This document shows, one piece after another, positions 26,850 through 38,218 of a DNA stretch of 64,000 bases. Positions within the stretch are counted from its first letter, which is position 1, and every line of letters begins with the position of its first letter. The stretch comes from Raja brachyura. Its lineage: Eukaryota. A program made the translations under genes and the position numbers. A model generated the notes under the pieces. It searched no databases. It was not told the origin of the DNA and saw nothing but the letters and a program-made list of their open reading frames with translations. The stretch covers positions 51,026,001 through 51,090,000 of the forward strand of contig OY740790.1 of NCBI GenBank assembly GCA_963514005.1. The letters are read 5' to 3'.

Positions 26850-27805
26850 GAGGGTACTGTGCAGGACATTTTTTTTACATAGAGAGGGTAGAGTGCCTGG
26901 AATGTGCTGTCAGGAGCAGTGGTGGAGGCAGGTACATGCTGTATCTCTAGACTAAACTAAGTGGCATTTAAGAGACTTCTGGATTGGCACATGGATATAC
27001 AATAAATGGAAGGATACGGATTATGTGCTAGTGGATAAGAGTTGGTATTGGTATTATGTTTGGCACAGACATTGCAGGCTGAAGGGCCTGCTCGTAAGAT
27101 CATAAGGAATAGGCCATTCGGCCCATCAAGTTTACTCCGCCATTCAATCATGGCTGATCTGTCTCTACCTCCTAACCCCATTCTTCTGCCTTCTCATCAT
27201 AACCTCTGACACCTGTACTAATCAAGAATCTATCTATCTCTGTTGCTGTGTTGTATTGTTCTATGTTCATTAAGGGTGGGTGCTGTGGGGCAGAGCTCAC
27301 AGTAACAGTTAAAAGATTATACTTTTCAAATTATTCTGTTTCCCATTAATCATATTTGGACAATCTCAGCAAACTGACCATTTTGGCACGTAGTCATTTC
27401 TCATTTTCAAGTTGTCACGATGTATTTGATCATTCGTTTCATATTTTTACCTTTGCTGCTAAAGCTTTTGACAAGGCCCAGCTTTGAATTTACCTATAAT
27501 GGAGGAATCAAAAACCAGGGTACATAGGTTTAAGATGAGAGGGGAAAGATTTTATTGGAACCCGAGGGGAAAAGAAATTCACACAGAAGGTGGTGGGTAT
27601 GTGGTAAGATCTGCCGGTGAGGTAGTTGAGGTAGATACTATAGCAACACTTAAAAGATATTTGAACAGGTAAGTGGATAGGAAAGGTTTAGTGGGACATG
27701 GGCCAAACCATGGCAAGTGTGACCAGCATATGTGGGGCATTTTGATTGGCGTGGGCAAGTTGGGCCGAAGGGCTTGTTTCCATGCTGAATTACTCTATGA
27801 CTCTA
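26850..27805. mobile_element. Cluster of CR1 3' fragments (+ 26850-27092, - 27095-27240, + 27490-27805)
   Basis: CR1 C-terminal peptide remnants (FFLHRE, ESKTRVHRFKMRG) and 3' UTRs on both strands. Confidence 0.8.
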
Positions 27806-28175
27806 ATAGACGCTAAGATTCTTGAAAAACACGACAGGTTTATTCTAAAAGACCTAACTATATTAAAATTGAATACCCTTTTCAGGTTTTCCCATCAGTG
27901 ATAACATCTACCATGTTAAATCTCTTAACTATTTGGCGTACCATCCTTCTCATCTTGTGAATGCCAGTATAATTATGCAACATATCCCCATAATTTAGCT
28001 CTTCAAGTATTACTCCTGGTGCCAAATGTTACCCATGCAATGGTGGTGGTCCTTTGTAACTTCCCATTCTTATCCATGCTATGATTCCTCATTTAATTTA
28101 GTATTGGTTCCAACCTTGGACAAACAACTCTATGCTTTAATTCATGAATTCTATGCCTGAATTGAAGCATAGAGT

Positions 28176-28179
28176 TGTG

Positions 28180-28210
<31 letters not shown>

Positions 28211-28229
28211 ATATATGTGTGTATATATA
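28176..28229. repeat. (TA)/(TG) compound microsatellite
   Basis: Seen directly. Confidence 0.9.
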
Positions 28230-28909
28230 CTATGTTAAAAAGCTGTGGCCACAATTAAGATGCGCAGAGAATAGTACTTGTTGCATCTTGACAATCAGAA
28301 AATGTATTTTTATTTCCATTGTGCAACATCTACCTCCTAAGGCATTGCAAGGTTAATTCCAATTGTGCTCTCATTTTTGTTTTGCTAATAATCCCTCATG
28401 CAAAGGCTCAACGATGTCAAATAGATTAATCAGATGTAGATTGCAGGAAATGGAAGATGATGATTATTGTTCACAAGGCATATTGTATGATACTGAATTA
28501 GCCACAGGGAAGCAGGATTTTCTGAATCGAATTGATGTTTTGTTACGAACAAATATACTTATGCAACAAATTCTATATGCATTTACTGGAATGAGACGGC
28601 AAAGAATTCCATTCCCTAACTTCCTAAGCTGCACTTCTAATTTAAAATAACCAACCAAAGGCAATTTTCTCTCATTTCATTATTTCTCTGGAGATAATTT
28701 AATGGGAAAGTGTCTTTGGCCATAATAAACTTACACCTCAAATAGTCTGTCCCTGCATGCAGAATAACTGGGCAACATTCAAACATGAGGTGCAAAACAT
28801 CATCAACATCTCTATCATGAGTACCAGTCTTGAGCTAATTAGAGGGTTACACAAAAGGCTGGAGAAACTCAGCGGGTGCAGCAGCATCTAAGGAGCGAAG
28901 GAGATAGGC

Positions 28910-28937
28910 GACGTTTCGGGTCGAGACCCTTCTTCAG
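28910..28937 (-). ncRNA. Minimal type I hammerhead ribozyme, intact core
   Basis: Minus strand reads CUGAAGA-A-GGGUC-UC-GACCC-GAAACGUC; sense to the GIY-YIG ORF and downstream of it. Confidence 0.72.
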
Positions 28938-29160
28938 ACTGGTCAGGGATCAGGGAAACGAGAGATATAAACAGTGATGTGGAGAGATAAAGAACAATGA
29001 GTGAAAGATATGCAAAAAAGTATTGGTGATAAAGGAAGCAGGCCATTGTAAGCTGTTTGTGGTGTGAAAATGAGAAGCTAGTGCGACTGGGGGGGGGGAG
29101 ATGGAGAAGGAATGTCAGGGCCCGAGGGCTGAGGGAGAGGTGGGGAGGAGGCAGTCTGGG

Positions 29161-29694
29161 TTAACAGAATTTAGAAAATTCAATGTTTAAGCCCAGAGGA
29201 TGCAGACTCCCCAAGCGGAATATGAGGTGCTGTTCCTCCAACTTGCGGTGTTGCTCACTCTGGCCGTGGAGGAGGCCCAGGACCGAGAGGTCGGATACGG
29301 AGTGGGAGGGGGAGTTGAAGTGCTGAGCCACCGGGAGGTCGGGCTGGTTATTGCGGACCGAGCGGAGGTGTTCGGCGAAACGATCGCCCAGCCTCCGCTT
29401 GGTCTCACCGATGTAGATCAGCTGGCATCTGGAGCAACGGATGCAGTAGATGAGGTTGGAGGAGGTGCAGGTGAACCTCTGTCGGACTTGGAAGGACTGC
29501 TTGGGTCCCTGAAAGGAGTGGATGGGGGAGGTGAAGGGACAAGTGTAGCATCGCTTGCGGTTGCAAGGGAAAGTGCCCGGGGAAGGAGTGGAGCGGGAGG
29601 GAAGGGAAGAATTGACGAGGGAGTTGCAGAGGGAGCGGTCTTTGCGGAAGGCAGACGGGGGGAGATGGGAAGATGTGGCGAGTGGAGGGGTCAC
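29161..29694 (-). CDS. PLE C-terminal fragment: Cys-rich linker + GIY-YIG endonuclease (uninterrupted frame, no native start)
   Basis: CNRKRCYTC linker, NLIYCIRCSRCQLIYIGET, RFAEH, HFN, GLN motifs. Confidence 0.88.
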   Translation of the reverse strand: MTPPLATSSHLPPSAFRKDRSLCNSLVNSSLPSRSTPSPGTFPCNRKRCYTCPFTSPIHSFQGPKQSFQVRQRFTCTSSNLIYCIRCSRCQLIYIGETKRRLGDRFAEHLRSVRNNQPDLPVAQHFNSPSHSVSDLSVLGLLHGQSEQHRKLEEQHLIFRLGSLHPLGLNIEFSKFC

Positions 29695-29784
29695 ATTGGA
29701 GGTGGCGAATTAGACCCTCCCTCCCCACTTGACATTCAATAATCTTATCATCACCAAGTTCTCCATCTGTGGCGACAAAAGAGA

Positions 29785-29989
29785 CTACATAGGCTGGAAT
29801 ATTGAGCAAAAAAATAAAGTGCTCGAGAAACTCAATGGGCCTGCAGCATCTGTGGTGAGAGGTGGATAGTGAAGTTTCTGGTTAGAAACCTTCTTCAGAT
29901 AGAAGGAGCGGCTAGGAGATAGTTTAGTTTAGAGATACAGCATGGAAATAGACTCTTCGGCCCACCGAGTCTGTGCCGACCAGCGATCC

Positions 29990-30023
<34 letters not shown>

Positions 30024-30520
30024 GGGATAATTTACAATTTTACCAAGTCAATTAGCCAACAGATCTGTACGTCTTTGGAGTGTGGGAGCACCCTGAGAAA
30101 ACCCACACAAGTCATGGGGAGAATGCACAGACAGCTGATAGAAAGAGGTGAGGGGAAAGGGTGGGGTGAGAGCTGGAAAATATTACTGTCACTCGTACCA
30201 GCTCTTGTTCCACCTCTTGCCCTCTACGCCACCAGTCTGACGAGGGGGACCGACCAGAAATGTCTGTCCATGTCTCCGCGCGATTGCGGTCTGACCCACC
30301 AAGTGCCTCCAACAGAGACACAAGGGACAGTAGATGTTGGAATCTAACACAGTGCTGGAGTAACTCAGCGGGTCAGGCAGCATCTGTAGAGAGAATGGAT
30401 GGCCATTGATTCATGTTAGGACCCCTTTCGGGATCCTGAAAGGTCTGTACCCAAAACGTTGCATATGCGTTCCCTCTAGAGAAGGTACCTGACCCACTGA
30501 GTTTGAGATCCTCCAACAGT
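29785..30520. mobile_element. Two consecutive inverted PLE-derived pairs, the first enclosing a V-SINE
   Basis: Minus arm 29785-29900, plus arm about 30235-30312, minus arm about 30315-30430, plus arm about 30435-30520. Confidence 0.65.
29922..30135 (-). mobile_element. V-SINE (HE1-like) with an internal (CA)n expansion
   Basis: gtttagtttagagatacag tail, gtacgtctttggagtgtggga V-domain; (CA)n at 29992-30022. Confidence 0.85.
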
Positions 30521-31717
30521 CGTATTTTGCGCAGAATATGTTATCTGCATGGGTTTGTAAAATCCCGTGGTGATGAAGTGAACACGGTTTAGTTGGCAGG
30601 AAGCCTGTACACATTCCTTCTGATTGAAAGTGCTTTACAGTTGTACTGTTGAGTTATATGTTTTTCAAACTCCTTTAGTTTTAGATTTAGTGGGAAGGAA
30701 TTAAGGTTGTCATTTCAATAGGGAGAATGTCAAGAAGAGCTGGGATTAAATCATAAGCTTTGACCAGGAGTCGATGCTTTTTGAGAATGTAGAAAAGCAA
30801 TCAATCAGATTGGAAGGGAATTAATTTCAGTTTTTCTTTAATTTATAGTTCTTTTGTCTTTATCAAGCATGTTTTGGATTTAAATTCAATTAACCTTAAT
30901 TTCAGTCATCAGTGAAGAAACGATTTGAAGATTTTAAAAAGCTTTATTTTTGGCAACACAGTAAAACAATTTGCTCTTTCAATTAAAGCGATCCTTAATG
31001 TGCCTTTACCCTCAGATTACTTTGTAGTGAACCATTCTTCCCTTTTCCACACCTGAAAGCTATTTTGATTCAAAGTCTTTATAATTTAAATAGTTTATCA
31101 AAGTGATGTGGTGAATAGATGTTAAAAACCAAGCAATTGGTATCTATTATTAAAAAACAATAAGAATTGGATTTTCTTTCCTAAGCTTTGTTTTAAAGTT
31201 GATGCCACAAACTGCGCGCTAAGCAAGCAGCTCAATACCACCTGTTCAGTTGTTTGGAGTGCACAGTATTTCTTCCTAACGATTTGGGAGGCAAAATAAA
31301 TAGAAACTACTCATCTTACTCACTTATGATACTGCCTCATATGATGCTTATTGCAAATCACTTTTAATATTCAAGTGTTTCATTCAGATCAGGCATTATT
31401 GTCAATCTGATGCAATAGTGCTGTACACATTATAATGAAGGTTTGATTCTTGCCTACATTTTTCGAGTGGAGTAAGAATGTAAAAGCAAACATGTGTATC
31501 GTAGATTCATAGAGTTATCCAGCACAGAAACAGGCCCTTCGGCCATGCCAACCAAGATGCCCCATCTAAACTAGTCCCTTTTGGTCCATCTCCCTCCAAA
31601 CCTTTCCTATCCACGTACCTGTGTCTTCTAAATGCCGTGATAGTATCTGCCTTATCTACCTCCTCTGGAAGTTCGTTGCATATACCCATCGCTCTGAGTA
31701 GAAAAAGTTGTCCACAA

Positions 31718-32394
31718 TGGGCCTTTCCCACTTAGGTGATTTTTCAGCGGACTGCCGGTGACTGTCAAAGGAACCAGGGCAAGCGGGGGGAGCCCTGAAA
31801 TTCACGCAGTGCAAAACAAAGGTGATACAGACACACACAGCGATGAACAGGAAGGTTGGCGCTGTAATTAAGATGGCTAGCACAGTATACGATAAGTCCT
31901 TTAAAAAGGGGGGGGGGGGGGACGATAGAGTGGAGACAACTTTTAAGAAGCCAGACAACTTTTAAGAAGCCAGAGATACATGGCTGTGAAGCTCGGCGGA
32001 CATTTAACATTACTGGTCGGTTATCCTTGGTTCCGAAAACTACTGCTTACATATTTTTTCCCCAATGAGCCAATGGAATTCACCGGTCAGCACCGGCTAC
32101 AACCTATGAGAACCTAAGAGAACCTTCGATCTCTTGGCAACCCACTAGGACCTCCTGGCGACCCACCTACGGCACCAGAATTCTCGCTACTCTCCATGGC
32201 GGCTTCATTCGGGTCGCCGCTAATTTTTCAACATGTTGAAAAATTCTCGGCGGCCATAATGAGGCTGCGATTAGTTCCCAGAATGTGGGAACTCCTCACG
32301 ACCATGTAGGCGACTCCCCGGCAACCACCCGTGAACATGTGGCGACCACATAGTCTCCTGCAGTCACCTAAAAACTTGCTGTGGGACAGGCCCA
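31718..32394. mobile_element. Harbinger-type non-autonomous DNA transposon inserted in CR1
   Basis: Ends tgggcctttcccac / gtgggacaggccca; internal 19-bp tandem duplication at 31934-31971. Confidence 0.78.
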
Positions 32395-32481
32395 TTAGGG
32401 CTGTATTAAATCTTGCGCCTCTCACTTTAAACATGTGTCCTTTTGGGTACCCTTGGTAAAAGACTGTGCATCCACCCTATC

Positions 32482-32578
32482 TATGTTTCATGTATTTTGT
32501 GTTTTTTTATGACTGTTGGCAGATTAATTTCCATCCTGGGATAAATAAAGTTATATCGTAGTTTCGTATCGTATCGTA
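32482..32578 (+). mobile_element. Short LINE 3' tail with a (TATCG)n end
   Basis: gggataaataaag followed by tatcg repeats, lying inside the CR1. Confidence 0.6.
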
Positions 32579-33309
32579 CCGCTATAAGATCACATCTCAG
32601 CCTCCTGCCTCCAAGAAATAAAGTCCTAGCCTGCCCAAACTCTCCATATAGCTCAGCCCTCAAGCCTTAGCAACATCTTTGTAATTTTTTTCTGCATTCT
32701 TTCCAGCTCAAAGGCATCCTTCCTATTGCAGGGTGACCAAACTGAACACAATACTGCAAGTGTGGCCTCACCAATGTCTTGTACAACTGTAACATAATGT
32801 CCCAACTTCTATACTTAGTACTCTGAATAATGAAGGCCAATGTGCCAAAACAAAGCACCTTGACCACCCCATCTACCTGTGATGCCACTTTCAGGGAACT
32901 ATGTACCTGTACTCCAAGATCACTCTGCTCCGCAACACTCCCCAGGGACCTACTGTGTAGGTCCTGGCCTGGTTTGACTGCCCTGGCATTAAACTCCCAT
33001 TAGCCATTCTTCGCTCTACTTTCCTACCTACGATGCCACCCTTTAACGTTATCTGCTAATTTACTAATCATCCTTTGTACATTCTCATCCAAATCATTGA
33101 TTAAAAACCACAAACTGCAATGGGCCCAGCACCCAGCCCTGAGGCATGCCACTTGGCATAGTAACTCCTTTCTACCACCATCCTCTGCTTCCTTCCATGA
33201 AGCTCAATCTGTATTCAGTTTTGTAGCTCTCCCTGGATCCCATGTATAAAGTATCCTTTACACCTTTGGCCATGCACCTGCCTGTTGGTCTTTTGTCAGT
33301 CAGTTAATT

Positions 33310-33645
33310 TACAGATGTTGAATAATGCATTGATAGAGTAAACAAGTCAGAACCTTTTTTTCCCAGGGCAAAAATATCAAAGATATTTTATGGAGGCTTT
33401 ATGGTGCGAGGGGCAAAGTTTAAAGGAGATATGCTGGACAATTTTTTTACACATAGAATAGTAGGTGCTGGGAACATGCTACCAGGGGTGGTAGTGAAGG
33501 CAGATACCATAGTGGTGTGCAAGAGTTTTTATGATAGGCATATGTATAAGCAGGGATATGGATCACGTGAAGGCAGAGGAGTTTAGATTAACTTGGCATA
33601 ATGTTCAGCAAGGGGTGAAGAATCTGATCCTGTGCTGCCGTGTTC
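33310..33645 (+). mobile_element. CR1 3' fragment
   Basis: ORF 33401-33586 (FFTHRIVGAGNMLP). Confidence 0.75.
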
Positions 33646-33658
33646 GAAAGACAAGTTT

Positions 33659-33806
33659 TTTCCCAGGGCATTATATTTATATAATGGTATAGGGACACAC
33701 TGATCTATTTTGTAGTCAATGCCTACTATGTTTTGTTGTGCTGAAGCAAAGCAAGAATTTCATTGTCCTATCAGGGACACATGACAATAAACTCACTTGA
33801 AGTTGA
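33659..33806 (+). mobile_element. Rex/L2-type 3' tail with an 8-bp TSD
   Basis: gaatttcattgtcc...catgacaataaa, (ttgaa) tail; acaagttt at 33651-33658 and 33807-33814. Confidence 0.6.
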
Positions 33807-34339
33807 ACAAGTTTATAGCCTCGCTGAAATGAATTTGCTTTTGTAGTCAAAATTGCAACGTTCTTCAGCTGTACAGTCTCATATTTCAACTGGAATGGAA
33901 GTTGGGATGTAATTCCATGGGCTGTAGTAAGATGCCACCAAGGTTTCCAAGTGAAAGAGGAGCCCGTAACCCTGAGAAAACAGATGTGTGAAGCTTGCTT
34001 AAGAAATGGTGCCATGTGATTTTGAGATCAACAATAGATATTTGGTTTTGTACCAAATTTTGTATGGAACTGTTTAATTATCTAGTTTTGCATACGAAAA
34101 GAGTGTTACTTGAAGATATGAAGTATGCATAAAGCTATTGTACTTGTTTTATCTGTGTGGTTAGAAGTGGGAGGTCGTGTGATGAAATCTCAAAGATGTG
34201 ACATTCAGAACTGGCAACCCCAATCAGCCAGAGATTACACTTTGTTCAATTTGTTTTTATTTTCAGATGTAGGTTATTATCCAGAAGAGAGATGGGCAGT
34301 TAATTTCACATTGTTATTGCAAATTATATTCAATATTTA

Positions 34340-37096
34340 TATTCAATATTCAGGAGGGATAGACGAAAAGGAAAAGGAGGTGGGGTAGCGTTGCTGGTGA
34401 GAGAGGAGATTAATGCAATAGAAAGGAAGGACATTAGCGTGGAGGATGTGGAATCGATATGGGTAGAGCTGCGAAACTCTAAGGGGCAGAAAACGCTAGT
34501 GGGAACTGTGTACAGGCCACCTAACAGTAGTATTGGAGTTGGGGATGGCATCAAACAGGAAATTAGAAATGCGTGCAACAAGGGTAACACGGTTATAATG
34601 GGTGACTTCAATCTGCATGTAGATTGGGTGAATCAAATTGGCAGGGGTGCTGAGGAAGAGGATTTCCTGGAATGTATGCGGGATAGTTTTCTCAACCAAC
34701 ATGTGGAGGAACCAACGAGAGAGCAGGCTATTCTAGACTGGGTATTGAGTAATGAGGAAGGGTTAGTTAGCAGTCTTGTTGTGCGTGGCCCCTTGGGCAA
34801 GAGTGACCATAATATGGTTGAGTTCTTCATTAGGATGGAGAGTGACAAAATTAAGTCAGAAACAAGGGTTCTGAACTTGAACAAAGGTAACTTTGAAGGT
34901 ATGAGATGTGAATTGGCCAAGATAGACTGGCAGGTGATTCTTAAAGGGTTGACAGTGGATGTGCAATGGAAGGTATTTAAAGACTGCATGAATGAAGTAC
35001 AAAAGTTGTTCATACCAGTTTGGCAAAAGAATAAATCGGGGAAGGTGGTGCATCCATGGATAACAAGGGAAATCAGGGATAGTATAAAAACAAAAGATGA
35101 GGCATACAAATTTGCCAGAAAAAGCAGCCTACCGGAGGACTGGGAGAAATTCAGAATCCAGCAGAGGAGGACAAAGGGCTTAATTAGGAAAGGGAAAATA
35201 GATTATGAAAGGAAACTGGCAGGGAACATAAAAACTGACTGCAAAAGTTTTTATAGATATGTAAAGAGAAAGAGACTAGTTAAAACAAATGTTGGTCCCT
35301 TGCAGTCAGAAACAGGTGAATTGATCATGGGGAACAAGGACATGGCAGACCAATTGAATAACTACTTTGGTTCTGTCTTCACTAAGGAAGACATAAATAA
35401 TCTGCCGGAAATAGCAGTGGAACGGGGGTCAAATAAGATGGAGGAACTGAGTGAAATCCAGGTTAGCCGGGAGGTGGTGTTGGGTAAATTGAACGGATTG
35501 AAGGCCGATAAATCCCCAGGGCCAGATAGTCTGCATCCCAGAGTACTCAAGGAGGTAGCCACAGAAATAGTGGATGCATTAGTGATAATTTTTCAAAATT
35601 CCTTAGATTCTGGAGTAGTTCCTGAGGATTGGAGGGTAGCTAATGTAACCCCACTTTTTAAAAAAGGAGGGAGAGAGAAAGCGGGGAATTACAGACCAGT
35701 TAGTCTAACATCGGTAGTGGGGAAACTGCTAGAGTCAGTTATTAAAGATGGGATAGCAGCGCATTTGGAAAGTGGTGAAATCATTGGACAAAGTCAGCAT
35801 GGATTTACGAAAGGTAAATCATGTCTGACAAATCTGATAGAATTTTTCGAGGATGTAACTAGTAGAGTGGATAAGGGAGAACCAGTGGATGTGTTATATC
35901 TAGACTTTCAGAAGGCTTTCGACAAGGTCCCGCATAAGAGATTAGCATACAAACTTAAAGCACACGGTATTGGGGGTTCAGTATTGATGTGGATAGAGAA
36001 CTGGCTAGCAGACAGGAGGCAAAGGGTAGGAGTAAACGGGTCCTTTTCAGAATGGCAGGCAGTGACTAGTGGGGTGCCGCAAGGCTCAGTGCTGGGACCC
36101 CAGCTATTTACAATATATATTAATGATTTGGACGAGGGAATTCAATGCAACATCTCCAAATTTGCAGATGATACCAAGCTGGGGGGTATAGTTAGGTGTG
36201 AGGAGGATGCTTGGAGGCTGCAGGGTGATTTGGATAGGCTGAGTGAATGGGCAGATGCATGGCAGATGCAGTACAATGTGGATAAATGTGAGGTTATCCA
36301 CTTTGGTGGCAAAAACATGAGGGTAGACTATTATCTGAATGGTGGCAGATTAGGTAAGGGGGATATGCAACGAGACCTGGGTGTCATGGTACACCAGTCA
36401 TTGAAAGTAGGCATGCAGGTGCAGCAGGCAGTGAAGAAAGCAAATGGTATGTTAGCATTCATAGCGAAAGGATTTGAGTATAGGAGCAGGGAGGTTCTAC
36501 TGCAGTTGTACAGGGTTTTGGTGAGGCCACACCTGGAGTACTGCGTACAGTTTTGGTCTCCAAATCTGAGGAAAGACATCCTTGCCATAGAGGGGGTACA
36601 GAGAAGATTCACCAGACTGATTCCTGGGATGTCAGGACTTTCATATGAGGAAAGATTGGATAGACTCGGTTTGTACTCGATGGAATTTAGAAGATTGAGG
36701 GGGGATCTTATAGAAACCTACAAAATTCTTAAGGGGTTGGACAAGCTAGATGCTGGAAGATTGTTCCCGATGTTGGGGGAGTCCAGAACAAGGGGTCACA
36801 GTCTAAGGATAAGGGGGAATTCCTTTAGGACCGAAATGAGGAAAACATTCTTTACACAGAGAGTGGTGAGTCTCTGGAATTCTCTGCCACAGAAGGTAGT
36901 TGACGCCAGTTCATTGGCTATATTTAAGAGGGCGTTAGATGTGGCACTTGTGGCTAAAGGGATCAGGGGGTATGGAGAGAAGGCAGGTACGGGATACTGA
37001 GTTGGATGATCAGCCATGATCACATTGAATGGCGGTGCAGGCTCGAAGGGCCGAATGGCCTACTCCTGCACCTATTTTCTATGTTTCTATGTTTCT
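34340..37096 (+). mobile_element. Young CR1 (HER1-like) LINE, 5'-truncated within the endonuclease
   Basis: Open frame from about YSIFRRDR to the stop at 37000; 3' stem-loop; (TTTCTATG)n tail. Confidence 0.97.
34391..37000 (+). CDS. CR1 ORF2 (partial APE endonuclease + complete RT), 869 aa uninterrupted
   Basis: YRPP, GDFN, SDH, NYRPVSLTS, YLDFQKAFDKV, GVPQGSVLGP, KFADD motifs. Confidence 0.93.
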   Translation: MLVREEINAIERKDISVEDVESIWVELRNSKGQKTLVGTVYRPPNSSIGVGDGIKQEIRNACNKGNTVIMGDFNLHVDWVNQIGRGAEEEDFLECMRDSFLNQHVEEPTREQAILDWVLSNEEGLVSSLVVRGPLGKSDHNMVEFFIRMESDKIKSETRVLNLNKGNFEGMRCELAKIDWQVILKGLTVDVQWKVFKDCMNEVQKLFIPVWQKNKSGKVVHPWITREIRDSIKTKDEAYKFARKSSLPEDWEKFRIQQRRTKGLIRKGKIDYERKLAGNIKTDCKSFYRYVKRKRLVKTNVGPLQSETGELIMGNKDMADQLNNYFGSVFTKEDINNLPEIAVERGSNKMEELSEIQVSREVVLGKLNGLKADKSPGPDSLHPRVLKEVATEIVDALVIIFQNSLDSGVVPEDWRVANVTPLFKKGGREKAGNYRPVSLTSVVGKLLESVIKDGIAAHLESGEIIGQSQHGFTKGKSCLTNLIEFFEDVTSRVDKGEPVDVLYLDFQKAFDKVPHKRLAYKLKAHGIGGSVLMWIENWLADRRQRVGVNGSFSEWQAVTSGVPQGSVLGPQLFTIYINDLDEGIQCNISKFADDTKLGGIVRCEEDAWRLQGDLDRLSEWADAWQMQYNVDKCEVIHFGGKNMRVDYYLNGGRLGKGDMQRDLGVMVHQSLKVGMQVQQAVKKANGMLAFIAKGFEYRSREVLLQLYRVLVRPHLEYCVQFWSPNLRKDILAIEGVQRRFTRLIPGMSGLSYEERLDRLGLYSMEFRRLRGDLIETYKILKGLDKLDAGRLFPMLGESRTRGHSLRIRGNSFRTEMRKTFFTQRVVSLWNSLPQKVVDASSLAIFKRALDVALVAKGIRGYGEKAGTGY

Positions 37097-37493
37097 AAAT
37101 GATATCATGAATGATTTGCAGTTAATTTGTTAACTTCATAATCCAAAAATATGAGGGAGAATGTATTTCTGTATTTATGTAGGACTGTGAGATCAGTGAG
37201 GCGAATACTAATATGGAAGGGCAGTAGAGAATAAGGAGGAGGCGTTGGGGTTCTTGAAGTCCTTGGGGCCTGATGAGATCTATCCCTGATTTTGAGACTG
37301 GGAAGACAGAGGATTTCAGGAGCATTGATGAAGATCTTTGTATCTTCTCTAGCCACAGAGGAGGCCCTGAAGGGCTGGAGAGAAGCCAATTTAGTGTGGA
37401 CACTTTAATGAGCAATTTTGGAAAAAGATTGCGGACCAATATGTGAGAGGAAGAAGTGATATATATTGATGTGATGATGATGATGGAGTTTTC

Positions 37494-37760
37494 TTTAGTT
37501 TAGAGATACGGCACGGAAACAGGCCCTTCCGTGCACCGAGTCCGCACAGACCAGTGATCCCCGCATATTAACACTATCCTACACACACTAGGGACAATTT
37601 ACACACAAACCAAGCCAATTAGCCTACATACTTGTACGTCTTTGGAGTGCGGGAGGAAACCGAAGATCTTGGGGGAAACCCACGCAGGTCACGGGGAGAA
37701 TGTACAAACTCTGTACAGGCACCACCCGTAGTCGGGATTGAATCCGGATATCCGGCGCTA
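37494..37760 (-). mobile_element. V-SINE (HE1-like); copies at 39981-40247 and 42468-42734
   Basis: tttagtttagagatac tail, gtacgtctttggagtgcgggaggaaaccg V-domain, and a box-B-like gggattgaatcc. Confidence 0.88.
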
Positions 37761-38218
37761 CAAATCTTTATACACTTTAAAGTGATTTGTCATAATAATG
37801 CTGACCTGCACACATTTGGTGCTAGATTCCCCAAATTATGTGGTGCTTGTGCTGGTTGGAGAGAATTGTCCTCATTGTTGAAGTTTTAGAGATAAACTTT
37901 CTGGAGTACAAAATACAACATTATATCATTTTGAAATGGGATGACAACTGTAGAAGAGCAAATAATGCATTTTCATGCCAAAATGCTAAACATCTGTATG
38001 CTAATATCTCAGCATCATTTAGTTTCTTACTGTTCCTGCAAAAAGTATATTTTAAATTGTCTTTTTTTTTAAGCTGTAAACTTAAGTTTAAATTGAATGG
38101 TAGTGCTTTATTTTAATTGTAAACTGCCTGGTTGAAAGAAGTGCTCCGTGCTGACTTATTGTGAAATGAACTGTTTATCTCTCTGACACTTTTTGAAAAT
38201 CCCGAATTGCCTGTTGAA

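Larger units (their letters stand above)
28844..29710 (-). mobile_element. Penelope-like element (Neptune-type), 5'-truncated
   Basis: GIY-YIG ORF followed by a 3' UTR that contains a hammerhead motif. Confidence 0.92.
31505..33250 (-). mobile_element. Degenerate CR1 fragment split by a MITE and a short tail insertion
   Basis: ORF 32667-32888 (LQLYKTLVRPHLQYCVQF); 3' UTR at 31505-31600. Confidence 0.85.

Noticed and set aside
28363-28650. 95-aa ORF with an internal ttgcag acceptor-like site
   Set aside because: No recognisable protein, weak polypyrimidine tract, no clear donor.
29200-29742. 180-aa plus-strand ORF (similar one at 60945-61391)
   Set aside because: Antisense shadow of the GC-rich GIY-YIG frame.
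33355-33670. tttttcccagggca repeated about 300 bp apart as a possible TSD
   Set aside because: The left copy appears to be part of the CR1 sequence itself, so it does not delimit an insertion.
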